From positions 1,735,197 through 1,799,196 of the forward strand of contig OZ287694.1 of NCBI GenBank assembly GCA_965649825.1: a DNA stretch of 64,000 nucleotides. The letters are read 5' to 3'. Shown piece after piece: positions 35,852 to 47,892 of this stretch; within the stretch, counting starts at the first letter, position 1; every line of letters starts with the position of its first letter. Position numbers and translations under genes: made by a program. The stretch comes from Penicillus capitatus. Its lineage: Eukaryota; Plantae; Chlorophyta. The notes under the pieces are model-generated. The model saw only the letters and a program-made list of their open reading frames with translations, was not told the DNA's origin and ran no database searches.

Positions 35852-35994
35852 CTTGCAACTGACTCTTGAAATTCCTAGGTATGTCTAGAAAGTGTCTAGA
35901 CAGGACTCGATTTCCACAAAGTAAGGCGCTTCAGTGCACACAGCACACGCGCAACGTCACTCAGACGGAGTTCAAACGAAGGAGCGTTGTCTCA

Positions 35995-36006
35995 GCTCCG
36001 AAACCA
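35995..36006 (-). other. Primer-binding site of the Gag-only element
   Basis: TGGTTTCGGAGC immediately follows the 5' LTR and matches the plant tRNAi-Met PBS TGGTATCAGAGC at 10 of 12 positions. Confidence 0.6.
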
Positions 36007-39000
36007 TGTCGCGCGGAGGCGCCGAACGAAAACGAACTACAGCGGAAGACTTACAAGTGTTCGAAGCAAGGCGAAAATACGTTCAGATTGTTCATTTTAT
36101 ACTTGCGCGATGACGCGACTTGACGAGGTAGATGAATCACCCTAGCCTCAGAACCAGAGAAAATGGCCTTGGGTGATTCAACCAAGACCCCCCGGGATGT
36201 GGCCTCCTCAGAAACGAGGCAGCGTCACATCGCTCGGCGACAGATATTACGCGATATCCAAGAGATAACAGAAACTCAGGTGTCAAACGAGAGATGATTT
36301 ATGTGTTCAGGCCTCGCTCAAAAACTCAGTCCCTGAGTGACGACAGGTAAAACAGATGAACTTCAAGAGTGAGTTCACAATGAGACTAGGAAGTTCAGCA
36401 TGGAATTCTAGAAGCTTCCCAAGAACTCCGCAAGAGCTCACTCCTAGTCAGCATGATTTGTCCGTGACTCGGCGACGATGGTTACGACGCGCAGCCAAGA
36501 ACGCGAAAAGACACGAAGGACAGAAGATGTAATTCATTATTGCCGCCTCATCACGTTCCCTCAGAATCGCGCCCTTTCTTCGAAGATGCAACTTCCAACT
36601 TCTTGAGACGGAGCTTGAGTCCGCCCGAGGCTCTTTCGACCACGCCACCAGAATGTGCCTCGCACGTTGAACTGAGGATATGTTCGATGTTCCGTACTGC
36701 CAGCCATTCTGGAATCTCGTTGCCCGTGAAGCAGGATGCGTTGTCCGTTTGCACTGCCTCTGGACGGCCAAGTTCTCGATCCCATTCCCTGAGAGCCTCG
36801 ACAACCACGGAGGAAGTTGGTTGCGAGAAGACTGTCGCCCTCATCGGTCTGGAAAAAGCAACCACCGGCACCAGAACATATCTGGTGGTTCGTCCATGTG
36901 GCAATGGATAAGGTCCAGCGACATCCATGAAGACGAGCTGGTTGACACGTGCGGGCAGCTTTCCCTGAATCGTGTCGTGAACTTGCCGGAGAACCGTTGA
37001 CAGCGAGGACAATGTGAATCCAGTCCCGCGCTTGCTGAAGCATTCTGGGCCACCGATGTCCCGACGATGAGGGTGCGCACACGTAGTCCCCGCAAGTGAC
37101 CCCGGGAATGAACTCTGTCGACGATTTCCTTCTCCGCGTCGGTCATGGCTTGCAATGCATGATTGGAGGCCAGGGGCCTCATCCTTGACAAAAAATTCGC
37201 CAACTCGTTGTGCTCACTTGGCACGAACTTGTACTGCAGCTGAGGTACAACAGACACGATCCAGGAATCCGGACGAGTAACTCGCACGTCGCTGCGATCG
37301 TCCTCGAATCCCGAAAGCCGTTCCACAAGAGCCTCGTTGTCGGAGTAGAGTGTCACGCGGCGAAAGCCGATAAGGCGACGCGTCGCTTCCGGACCGAACT
37401 TGGCGGTCCGCAGTTCGCCAAGGAGAGAACTTGCCGATGACATCTGGCACGGACACCGAATTGAGATCGGTGAGGCGCATGCGCCCTTTGGCGTCCTCAA
37501 AGAAAAGCGCGCAGCCGCAGCCACGAGCCGACCAATCCGTGCAGAGATGGAAGCGAGTGACGGACGGAGTTACCAGTTGTAGTGTACAGATCCCTTCGAA
37601 AATCTGTAACCAGATCCGTCACACGAGAGGCATCGAATGGTTCCTTGCGCTCGAGACATTCCGCGAGTGGCGAGAGTTTCGTTGCCACCGAGTGGGGTAC
37701 GTGCCGGCGCAGCAGATCGAATACTCCGAGCTTGGACTGGAGGGTCTCGAGTGGTGGAGATGGGCGTGAGCAGATCATGCTCCCCGGCCTTGATGCATGA
37801 GGTGGAGGCGATGCGTCCATGGGGTTGAGGATCGAATCCGAGACACTGATTGGACGAAGAAGAGAAGTCGAATCTTCCGTTGTCGAATAATCTGGATCCC
37901 GTGTTCGTCGAAGCGCGCGAGAACGTCGTGCATGTTCGCTGAGAACTCGGCCTCGGACGATCCACCGATGATGACGCCGTCCGCGTAGTTTAGAGCGGCG
38001 CTGTCTCTCAGTATACGGCCGACGCGGTCGTGGAACAATCCACTCGAGAGGCACCATCCCCGCGGGATCACACACCACTGGTACCTGTCAGTGCCAAAGC
38101 CGAAGCCGAAGATGTGTCGGATGGACGGCACCAGGGGAACGGAGAAGAATCCGTTGGCGACATCCAGGACACAGAAGTGCGTCCACGTCGCAGGCACTCT
38201 CCGAAGGATCCTGCCGATGCTCGCGAGGTCGCCCGGCGGTACCTCAGAGTGGGCATCGAGCTTGCGATAATCGCCGACCAGTCGCGTCCGCTTTCCTTGG
38301 TCCTTCGAGAGGAACATGACTGTGCTTTTGTGTACAGCCGGGGACAGGCTCGAAGAATCCTGCGTCGAGATACTCCTGAGTGGCACTATCGGCTACGTCG
38401 TCTCCGACCATCCTCATCGCATCGAATGACGATCCGTACTCGGTCTTCAACTCTCCGTGGATTCTGGAGTCTCTCTCGTAGACGGACAGGTCCCTCATCT
38501 TCTCTGTCATGGATGGCTTGGTGGAGGAGAGCAACCGAGGATGGGATGCCCGGCATTCGACGGTGAACATTTCGGACTCCGGGGGCTGCGCATGTTGAGG
38601 TTTTCCTCGGCCCGGCGAGGCTGTGTTCATTCAGATGGCGAACGTCAAATCCGACCGGCGAGACGACTGCGACGGCCCCTGTCTTTGATGAAACGACGGC
38701 TTCGTGTCTTGAAGTGTTGAAGAGCTGCAGATTTGTTTCGCCAGAGCGGGCCGAGTATCGATACGAGCTCATGACACGAGGAATGTGACACGAATCGAAC
38801 AAACTGAACCGAGTGCCTCGGACGTGCCAAGGCAAGAGAACCCGCTGCCCACGCGGCGGCTTGAGAGAGTACGTTTGCCAAACGGAATGACAGTTGAGGT
38901 CTCGGCCTTCTTCAATCGCCGGCCACGCTCGAAGAGCCAACGCTGTCCCAAAACCGTCACGCCGTTGGCTCCGGCCCTCTCGGGTGTGGCGGACTGCCCA

Positions 39001-41203
39001 CTCAGATCTTGGCAGACGAACCAAGTTGCACAGCACCTTTTCGGCGGTGCGGGTCTCGAGGTACCGCTCACCGCGGTTCAGTCGAAACTGAAACTGCTCC
39101 AAGGCGGGGCTTCCCAGGACAATCCTGCTGGCCTCATTCATCACAAGGCATGTCGCTGGCTCCTGCTCAGGTCCCATCTTCGTCTGCACGACGACCCTTC
39201 CCAGCACGTCGGCGGACTCTCCATCGAAACCAGAGACGGACTTCGTGTCGGAAGGAGAAATGGGGATGCCGTGAGATTCCGCCACCCTTTTTGGAAGGAT
39301 ATCGATGCTTGACCACCCGGAATCATTGAGCACTTTCCTCTTTGCTTCTCTTCATGGAGGTACCCAGCCACCTCAAACAACGGACGCTGCTCGATGGCAT
39401 CCACGCCGACGCTGCCCCGCGGAGAGCCTGTTTCCCGATCGAAGACTGAACCGCAGCCGCCAGACAGCCGAAGAGATGGATTCTGACTCAGACTTGGTCG
39501 CCCTGGAAACGTGAGATGTCGCAGATCTCGTCTCGGACAGTGAATCATCTCAAATCTCGTTCGCCGCGGCGATGCACTGCCCCTGAGCGCACACCGGAGA
39601 TCGCGGTCTGACACGGTTGCACCTTGGACACACATACCGCGGACAGTTTGTGTTCCAATGGTTTCCTCCGCGGCGGCGACAGGGCGAGGGAGGAGCTTTT
39701 GGCGGCGCGAGACATTGGTCTTCCTTAGTTCGATGCCCGTCGGTTTTGTCGGGGTCGAAGAGATCTCCCGTAAGGCGCCTGGCTCTGCGATTGGGACGGC
39801 GTCCTCCTCGTCGTCCGGCCAATAAAGTTTCTGAGTCTTTTCAGTGTGTCTTCGGCGGATGCTTCATCCACATTTACGTCAAGCAATGGCATCATGAATT
39901 CCTCCGGCAGCTGCAACTTCGATCAGCTGCATCGCCATCGCTTCCGAAACTCTCGGTTGGGTGCGGTGCCATGCGCTTTGCGGTCTCGCCAAGAACGGAA
40001 GCAGCTGTTCCTTGTCTTGACGGTTTGCGTCCTGCAGATGACGGAAGGCCCCGATCTCATCCGCCACAACCTATGGCTTCGATCTGGACCATACCCCAAC
40101 GGAGGCGCTGGCGGCCAGCCAATGAACGCACCAGAGTGACGCTCGCCCTCCCAGAGACATCATCCGCCGCGAATTCTTGAGTGTCTTCCACAGGGTCCAG
40201 GTGTCGTGGAGGCTTAGATAAGGCAGAACGATCCTGACGCCAGGGGAGCTTTTGTCCCAGCTCTGAAGGATCTCCACAGCAGTGTCTCCGAGCATCCGCA
40301 CGATTCGCCGCGAGAAGCCTTCGAGGCATCCGTGGACACAGAGTGCTACCACGTCTTGGAAAACGGCGAAGCGTTTCTTGAGCGCCTCTCCTTCAGTCGC
40401 GTTTGCTTGACGGGACGCGTCTTCTTCGCGTGTTTCCTTGAGGATCTTCGCGGCTTGAAGTACGTCTCGCACGAGCATTCCCCGAACGTCGGTGTGCGAC
40501 TCGATTTCGACTCGAACCTGTTGTATTTCCGCATTCAGTTTTTCGTTGTCGCGACGAAGCTGCTCCTCGACTCTGAGCATCTCGGCTTCGAGTTGCTTCA
40601 CGTCTTCGCGTCCACGTCCAAACACACGCTGCCACATCGCCATTTGCTCATTTTCGACGATGCCGTTATCGACGTTTCTTCGTTTCCCGATGTTCCAGAC
40701 GAAGAACAGGACCAACAGCCTCAGAATCGAAGATGATGGACGCAATTTCTTCATACTTCCGGTCGAGGCTGGGAGCCCTGCCAGAGTCGGCATGTTTGTT
40801 CTTGTCGGAAAGCATCAACAGCGATCTACAAAGACGAGAAGCCGTTTATCAGCAACGGCTGTATATCGAACAAATTGAGGCGACGCATTCATCCAAGTCG
40901 AATCAGAATGACGAGGACACGACAAAGAGCTAGGATTCCATGAAGGCGAATGGCAGTCGACAACGAGTAGCTAGACCTGCGTTTCGGTTTGCCCAGTTCA
41001 TGCGAGGCGCGAGATGACTGGGATACCATACGGATACCGACAGCAGAAGCCTGTCGGCGTTTCCGAATTGGGAGAAGAAATGGACAGTGAAGACGGAGGA
41101 ACTCTTACCGTGTCCTGCAGAAGATAGCCTGTGCAGAGCAAAGCGCTGAGGTGAAGGGTCGAACATCCGAGGGATCCATCCTTCGTGCGGATCGCAAACG
41201 CAA

Positions 41204-41689
41204 GTGAGAATCACTCTTGCCGCCGGAGAACGAATCGTATCTTCTGTTCTTTCACAGGCAACTCTGTCTGTGATTCCTCTGCGCCGAGGAGTCACGTTTC
41301 TGTGCGATGTCTTCAAGATAGCCCCGAGACCAAGAAACTCCCGTCACGACAGATTTCAGAGAGTCGTGGACGCGCTCGGGATGGAGCCATTAGTCAGATC
41401 ACGACACGCGGCTCTCTGGTATTGGATCCGATGGATCTTACCAGAGTCTCGCCCTTTCATCCATTTCCTAGCCGGAGATGCACGATGTGTCAGCCGTGTT
41501 GCTCGGAACCCATGCCTGGACAGCTTCCGAAGCATCATGCGACCGCTCTCCTGCTTCGTTCTTCCCAACGTCCGTGTCCCCGGAAAGAAAACGATCGTCC
41601 TCCGGTGTCCGATCCCTCAGGACATACTGAACAGAAAATGCTTCAAGCATCCGTCTAACTGGATCTGCGCGTTGAATGCAAACCGTTGA
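41204..41689 (+). CDS. Unidentified protein-coding segment
   Basis: 161-aa open frame whose first ~54 nt look like an intron (GTGAGA...TTTCACAG at about 41204-41257); no family recognised. Confidence 0.25.
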   Translation: MRITLAAGERIVSSVLSQATLSVIPLRRGVTFLCDVFKIAPRPRNSRHDRFQRVVDALGMEPLVRSRHAALWYWIRWILPESRPFIHFLAGDARCVSRVARNPCLDSFRSIMRPLSCFVLPNVRVPGKKTIVLRCPIPQDILNRKCFKHPSNWICALNANR

Positions 41690-43266
41690 ATGAAGATGAG
41701 ATCGGGTGAACCGTCGTGACGTTATTCTTCGGGTGGAGCATCCTGCCCTGTCTATGTCGTACGAACAGCAAAGCAGATCTCTCCGTTTGTCGATTTTCTC
41801 GCCGCAAACGCCCTTCGACGTGACTCCGAAGAGCGGCGGCGATCGAACAGAGGACGCATGCCGAAGCAGCCAGAAGAGGTTCTCTCTGTGAGCGCCTGCG
41901 GTCAGTGGGACGCTGCTCTGTTTGGCATAGATTGCCGAAACCTTGGCGGTATCTCGGTGTCAGATGTCGACCCCTGCCGGTCAGAAGATCCCTCGTCCGT
42001 TCGTCGTATCGGATGTGTTGCACAGCAGCTCCACATTACATTGGTAGGCGATGCCTCACAGTACAGGACAGGAATCGAAGAAAAGCTCCCAGATGACATC
42101 GAAAGCTTTCGATCTGTTCGTACCCCATCGCGCGACAAGAAAGGCGATCAAGAAACGGTCAATAGGCATGAGATTGTCAAACGGCCACTCCGTGCTCTTA
42201 GAGGGTGTGGGATCGTAGGTATGTTGTGAGGATCTTGATAACGTGGCGCGACGGGTATGTGTTCTCTGGCGGCTGCCTTGACGGACTGCAGTCAACGTTT
42301 CTGGTACCGGATCCGCCTGAATAGGAGACGGAGCAACAGATGAAGGACGTAAAGGACGGCAGAAGATGACGCGGAGGGAGGATGCCGATTCAATGGACTG
42401 ACTGTCTTTGCGAGGTGGGTGCACACAGCAGTGCATGCGGTGTGTGCGGCTGGACGCCTATCCACATAAACTTCGAATTCGACTGCAGCTCAGAGAAAGT
42501 CGACCTAACTGCCAAATCGCCGAAAACATCAGCCACTAGGCGATGCGACCAATCCCATCAAGACGACGGAGACGAAGACGGGCGACTGGGTGAGGGTGAG
42601 CAAGAGAAGAAGCTTCCAGTGCCCATCGCACAGTGGCTTCTGGAGAAGCGGCACGCGATTTCCATGGAGAGCATTCCCATCGCAAGCATGAGACTCCTGA
42701 CTGCAGGTGCCGGAAAAGCTGTCGAGAGAGCAGTGGACCATTCACTCTGCGTCCTTGCAGCCTGTCAAGGTCAATCTGTCTGCGCTGCCCGAGGCACGTT
42801 AGACCTGCATCTGCTCTTGCCCATCTCTGGTTCAGCCAGCCTCGTTTCCCGTATGATGTGACAGCTGTGTGTAAAAGAAGGTCCGATCCGACCGTCTGTT
42901 GTTTTCGGCGCCTGGCGACCGCTTCTACTGCGTTTCATCACGCTGCTTTTTGTTCGGTTCTTGCATTCTCGAAGGCATTGTGCTGTCTAGATTTCCATGG
43001 CCACCTGGCCTTTTGTTCAGGACGGGTTCACGTGCTGAATGGGCGCTTATTCCTTGTCAAAGGAAGTTGCTGTGCTTCGACGGGCGCTGTCTGTGGTTCT
43101 GGTGACGGGCTGACGCATCTTCCCAGAGAAGTCACGTCACAGCACAGCACAGCATAGCATAGCACGAGTATTTGAGGGACAACCAGAACCGTGAATCGTC
43201 CAGCTGTGAACACTTGTCGAGTCTTTTGCTGTTACTGCTTTTGCTGCGCGGCATACCAGCGACACA

Positions 43267-46200
43267 ATGACCGACGAAAGCCCACAAGAGATCTTCCTCA
43301 AAGATTACAAACCGACCCCCTATCTTATCAGCAAAATCAGGCTGGAGTTCAGTATCAAGGACAAGGTCACGACCGTTCTCGCGACATCAGACTTCACACT
43401 CAACCCCGAGTACGAGGATGGCAGCCGCGATGTCTTTCTTAACGGACACGGTGACATGACACTCGTATCCGTTAAAATCGACGATGTTGACGTTCTCGAG
43501 AAGGATAAAACGTCGACGCCAAACAGTTTGCTCCTGCGCAATGCGCCACACGGCAATTTCGTTTTGCAAGTGAAGACCGAAATCAAAAACCAAGACAACA
43601 AGTCGAAGGAAGGACTTTACATGTCGGGCGGGACTTACAGAGAGTCGATTGAAAAGTTGATTCAAAAAGGACTTCAAATTTCGGGCGGAACTTACGACAG
43701 CGAGTCGATTGAAGAGTTGATTAAAGATGGATTTCAGATGTCGGTCAAGACTTACGACAAAGAGTCGATTGAAAACTGGATTATAGCACTAGTTCGAAAT
43801 TCGGGCGGGACTTACAACAGCGAGTCGATTGATAAGTTGCTTGAAGAAGAATTTCAGATGTCGGTCAAGACTTACGACAAAGAGTCGATTAAGAAGTTGA
43901 TTAAAGAAGCAATTCAAAATTCGGGCGGGACTTACAACAACGAGTCGATTGATAAGTCGCTTGAAGAAGAATTTCAGATTCCGGGCGGGGCTTACGACAT
44001 AGAGTCGAGTGAAAAGTTGATAAAAGAAGGAATTCGCATTTCGGGCGGGACTGACAACAACGAGTCGATTGAAGAATTGATCGAAGAAGAAGGACTTTAC
44101 ATTTCGGGCGGGATTTTCTGCACGCAGTGTTCGCCGGAAGGATTCCGCCGTATTACGTTTGCGCTCGATCGTCCAGACGTCTTGTCCACTTACGAAGTCC
44201 GCATTGAAGCCGACAAGGAAAAGTACCCGGTTCTGCTGTCGAATGGCAACCGTACTGGACATGGTGATCTGGAAGATGGCCGTCATTTTGCTGAATGGCA
44301 TGACCCCCGTCCCAAACCGTGCTATCTCTTTGCCTTGGTGGCAGGCGATTTGGAATGTGAGATGGATACGTTTGAGAGAACGAAAGGAGGAGATTTGGAA
44401 CTGTGTATCTACACAAAGAAACCCGACGAAGATGAAGAACACGACAAAGAAGAAGTGAAGCGTGCCATGGAATGGTTAAAAAAAGCCATGGCGTGGGATA
44501 AAGAGCATTTTGGACTCGAGTATGACGATGAATTGAAGGTGTACCATATCGTGGCGGTCGATGATCTCAAGTTCGAAGCGATGGAAAACCAGTCGCTGAA
44601 CATTTTCAAGTCGGCAGATCTGCTGTTATCCCCCAAGAGTAAGGAAGACCATGATTTTTTCAAAGCTCAAGCCACCGTGGCACATGAGTACTTTCACAGT
44701 TGGACGGGAAATCGCGTCACTCTTCGAGACTGGTTTCAGCTGACGCTGAAAGAAGGACCTACCGTGTGGAGAGAACAGGTAAAGGATCAATCGCACAAGA
44801 CTCTGCACAACCATCACCAGCACCCGATGTTAACAACACGTGTGTGATGCAGGAGTTTTGTTCTGATCAGAATTCGCGTGTTGTCGAGCGCATAAAAAAT
44901 GTGAGAATATTGCGTGCTGTCGTGTTCTCCAAAGAATCTGATCCCTCGGCGCATCCGATTCGTCCTCAGTCCTACACCGCGGCGAAAGACATTTTCGACT
45001 TCGACACTTACCGAAAGGTTAGATGGAGATCCATCACGGATGAATGCGTGTGGGATCTGGAGTGAGATTTGAGTTTTAGGGTGCAGAAGTGATCAACATG
45101 TATCGTACGATCTTGGGCGATGTCGGATTCCGCAAAGGCATGGATCGGTACTTTGAGAACTGCGATGGCAAGGCCGCTAGATGCGAAGACCTTCGCGATG
45201 CGATGTCTGCAGCCAACGGCGACAAAGATCTGTCCACTTTGTTCAGGTGGTATGATCAGGCAGGAACGCCGAATGTCAAGATCAAGACGACCTATAACGA
45301 AACCGATCACACGTACACATTGCGTGCGACGCAGGAGACACCGCCGACACCTAGACAAAAGGAAAAGGTCCCTGTGCTCATTCCTCTCCAAATGGCTCTG
45401 TTGGGAGAGGATGGCAAAGAGATGTCACTCAAGTTGAGAGTCGATCAGGCCACTCCTCCGGCCGATCCGGTCATCACTGAGATTGTTTTGGAGTTCGATA
45501 CGGCAGAAGCGACATATGTTTTCGAAGATGTGCCCTCCAAGCCAGTCCTTTCCATTCTCCGTTCCTTCTCGGCTCCAGTGAAGCTCGAGATCGAAGGACA
45601 GACAGATAAAGATTTACGTTTTCTTGTTAAAAACGACAGTGACGGGTTCAATAGGTGGCCCTACTGACAGAATGATGTGACGTTTTCGATCCGGTGTGCC
45701 TCTCAGGTGGGATGCATCTCAACGTCTGTGGAAAGATATCATTAAGAAGCTCTATGAAGACGCCAAAGCCGACCCCGATGCGCCGCTGGGAGAGGTCCCT
45801 CAGTACCTCATCGATATCTACGAATCCGTCTTGAAAGATGAAGATGAAGATGGACAGCTTCGCGCGCTGATTCTGGAACTTCCAAGCAAGGAAGGGATGG
45901 TCAACGAGCTCCATGATGTGGATACAGAGCTGCTGGAGAAAGTGATAAAGCATTTTAATAAAGAAATGGGGACGAGTCTGCAGGTCACCATTTGGAAATA
46001 CTTGATGGAAAACGTGGTCAAAGGTAATGCATCCTATATGCACGGATCTCTCACGACAAACGCTCCTGCAGATGAAACATACAAGTTCATTCCTAGCCAG
46101 GTGTCCAAACGCGCCATGGAAGAGATCTGCTTGAGCTATTTGGCCGCGACTGAGAAGCCAGTGTATTCGATTATGCTCGCGGAACTTCTTAACGAGGAAC

Positions 46201-46800
46201 AGAACATGGAACTTATGAACGAGGAAACGAACATGGCAAATGAGGATATACTGTTCCATGCCGCGAACCAATTGCCCTGCAGCCCGAAAGAATTCAACAA
46301 TTTGAGGGAGCTCTTAAAGGGTCATAAGATAAGTCACAACAGTTTAGCAGTCACGATGACGAAACGACGTAAAGCATGACGTCGTGTCCGAATGTAACAG
46401 GGGGTTTTGGAAAACAAAGCATGATGTTTAAAGAGCTCTGTTATCTTACCACATGACTGTCTGCGCGTATCGGTACTGATATGCTGAACGATTTCTACGA
46501 CAAGTCGAAGGGAGGATTCAGGCCGGAAATGTATTGGATCAAGCTGCAGGTCGCGTCCAACACTGAGGGCAACACCGATGCTGTCGAGGAATTGTTTGAG
46601 CATCCGGTACACCGTGTGGACAGTCTCAGCAGGGACATTGCGATCGATCCTCCAAGGATTTGTCTGCGTCGAGTGCTGTCAACTCTCACGCGGCAGATGG
46701 GTCTGGATACTCCTTCCATTCGACCGAGATCGTCGAGCTGGCCAAAAGCAACCGTCAGATTGCTGCTGAACTCAGCACGTCGTTGAAAGTGATGGACTGA
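43267..46800 (+). CDS. pepN: M1 family alanyl aminopeptidase (PepN/plant APN-type) with an internal repeat insertion; 3' end apparently frameshifted
   Basis: [94 protein letters not shown]. The C-terminal motifs need a frame change near 46650. Confidence 0.88.
43612..44091 (+). repeat. In-frame tandem repeat, 8 x ~60 bp (~20 aa; G-x-x-x-S-G-G-T-Y-x-x-E-S-I-E-K-L-I)
   Basis: Exactly 480 bp between two copies of GGACTTTAC (EGLY); no stops. Confidence 0.92.
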
Positions 46801-47389
46801 AACGACGGCAAGTCAGAGACTAGTCTGCAGAATCGAAGACATCGAACAATTTATCATTAATCCGCGTTCGCTCGCCGTTTCTCCGCCTCCGCCTCGCATC
46901 AGCATGCGCGCCGACGGCGTCCGGCGCACCGCGCCGCGCGCACACGACAGAAAGGACGGAAGAAATGGGATCCTGAACGACAGGAATGGGTGAAGAGGTA
47001 TTAGCAGATCGCAGAGACGTCTGACCTCTCCGATACCATGAAATAGAGCTCGTCGGCCTGAAGTGAAGGTGGATGCCTGTTTTTTGTGTGTGCGGCAGGA
47101 GGTCGGTCGTCCCGCACGCCTCCACATCTATTCTGTTATTGTCGGATCGTTGATGGATCAAGCGGTCGTCTCTGAGTCGTGTGTGCTGGTGACGCGTCGT
47201 CATTAAGTCATTAAGGATGTGGCGGTATCGACCGCTCGCGTTCGTTTGTTCTCCGTCTGTGCTCAGTCGCGGCATCTCGTCTGACGATCTTCTTTGAAAT
47301 CGAAGCTTATGGGCAGCCGTCGGTCGCGTTACCGTGCAAGTCATGCCGTCGTTGCAGACGCATTCCTAATGTGATCGGTGCTTGCGGCG

Positions 47390-47590
47390 CAGCTCTTTGC
47401 AGATATCGTCCCGCAAGCCGCCGAGAATCTCCTTGCTCTCTGCACCGGTCGTCGCGGCGTAGATCGAAGAGGTGTTTGGACATTCGTTTGTGAGACGACA
47501 GGCGAGAATGGCCAAGGAAGAAGCAAAAAGCCATTGCACGATGAGAGATCTACCTTTCACCGCGCGATTCCAGACTTCGTGTGCCAGTAA
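47390..47590 (+). pseudogene. Cyclophilin (PPIase) gene fragment
   Basis: [19 protein letters not shown]|[29 protein letters not shown] matches the cyclophilin N-terminus; stop where GGDF is expected. Confidence 0.85.
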
Positions 47591-47892
47591 AACGCGCCGC
47601 CGTCGAGACAAGCGACCGAGTCAGTCATTCAGGAGAGAAAGTAAGATGGAGCTAGTTCGCAGTTCCGAGATACGGAGAGCGCGCCAATGCGACGAGCATG
47701 CCCGAACGGCATCCGACACATGTAACCCAACCCTTTTACAGATTACTGTCCAGAATAGATAGCTGCTCATCCTTCGTTTAGACGAAGTCTTCACTCGAAC
47801 GCAAACGGCGTCCTTTTCATTTTTTTACCGGACAGTGCAACTGTCTCTTAAAAGAATACCCGCGACAACTGCATGTTTTGGTAGGACAGAGA

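Larger units (their letters stand above)
34442..36242 (-). mobile_element. Young non-autonomous LTR retroelement encoding only a Gag-like protein
   Basis: 236-bp LTRs (34442-34677 and 36007-36242) with 1 mismatch and TG...CA ends; 5-bp TSD GATAT; PBS-like TGGTTTCGGAGC; purine-rich tract before the 3' LTR; a single ORF and no pol. Confidence 0.93.
34270..36540. repeat. LTR-like repeat of a second family, split by the Gag-only element (34270-34441 plus 36248-36540)
   Basis: The rejoined sequence is similar, in inverted orientation, to 50341-50815. Confidence 0.65.
33517..40924 (-). mobile_element. Degenerate Ty3/Gypsy LTR retrotransposon with nested insertions
   Basis: Domain order is coiled-coil/gag (40071-40793), Cys/His knuckle (39550-39822), protease LNDSG (about 39330), RT (LVGDYRKL, LDVANGFFSVPL, NYADG; 37775-38630), RNase H (TLYSDNEAL, NELANFLSR), integrase core (MDVAGP, QTDNAS, GVVER; 36551-37012) and integrase C-terminus (33768-34230). 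Diverged ~122-bp TGTCG...CGAC(A) termini at 33517-33640 and 40803-40924; no clean TSD found. Confidence 0.85.

Noticed and set aside
41700-42900. PKPWRYLG and other RT-like snippets
   Set aside because: Isolated short matches without ordered RT or RNase H motifs; left unannotated.
43612-44091. Repeat array as CRISPR, intron or MITE
   Set aside because: The units are degenerate copies of the flanking PepN coding motif, in frame, with no unique spacers, TIRs or TSD.
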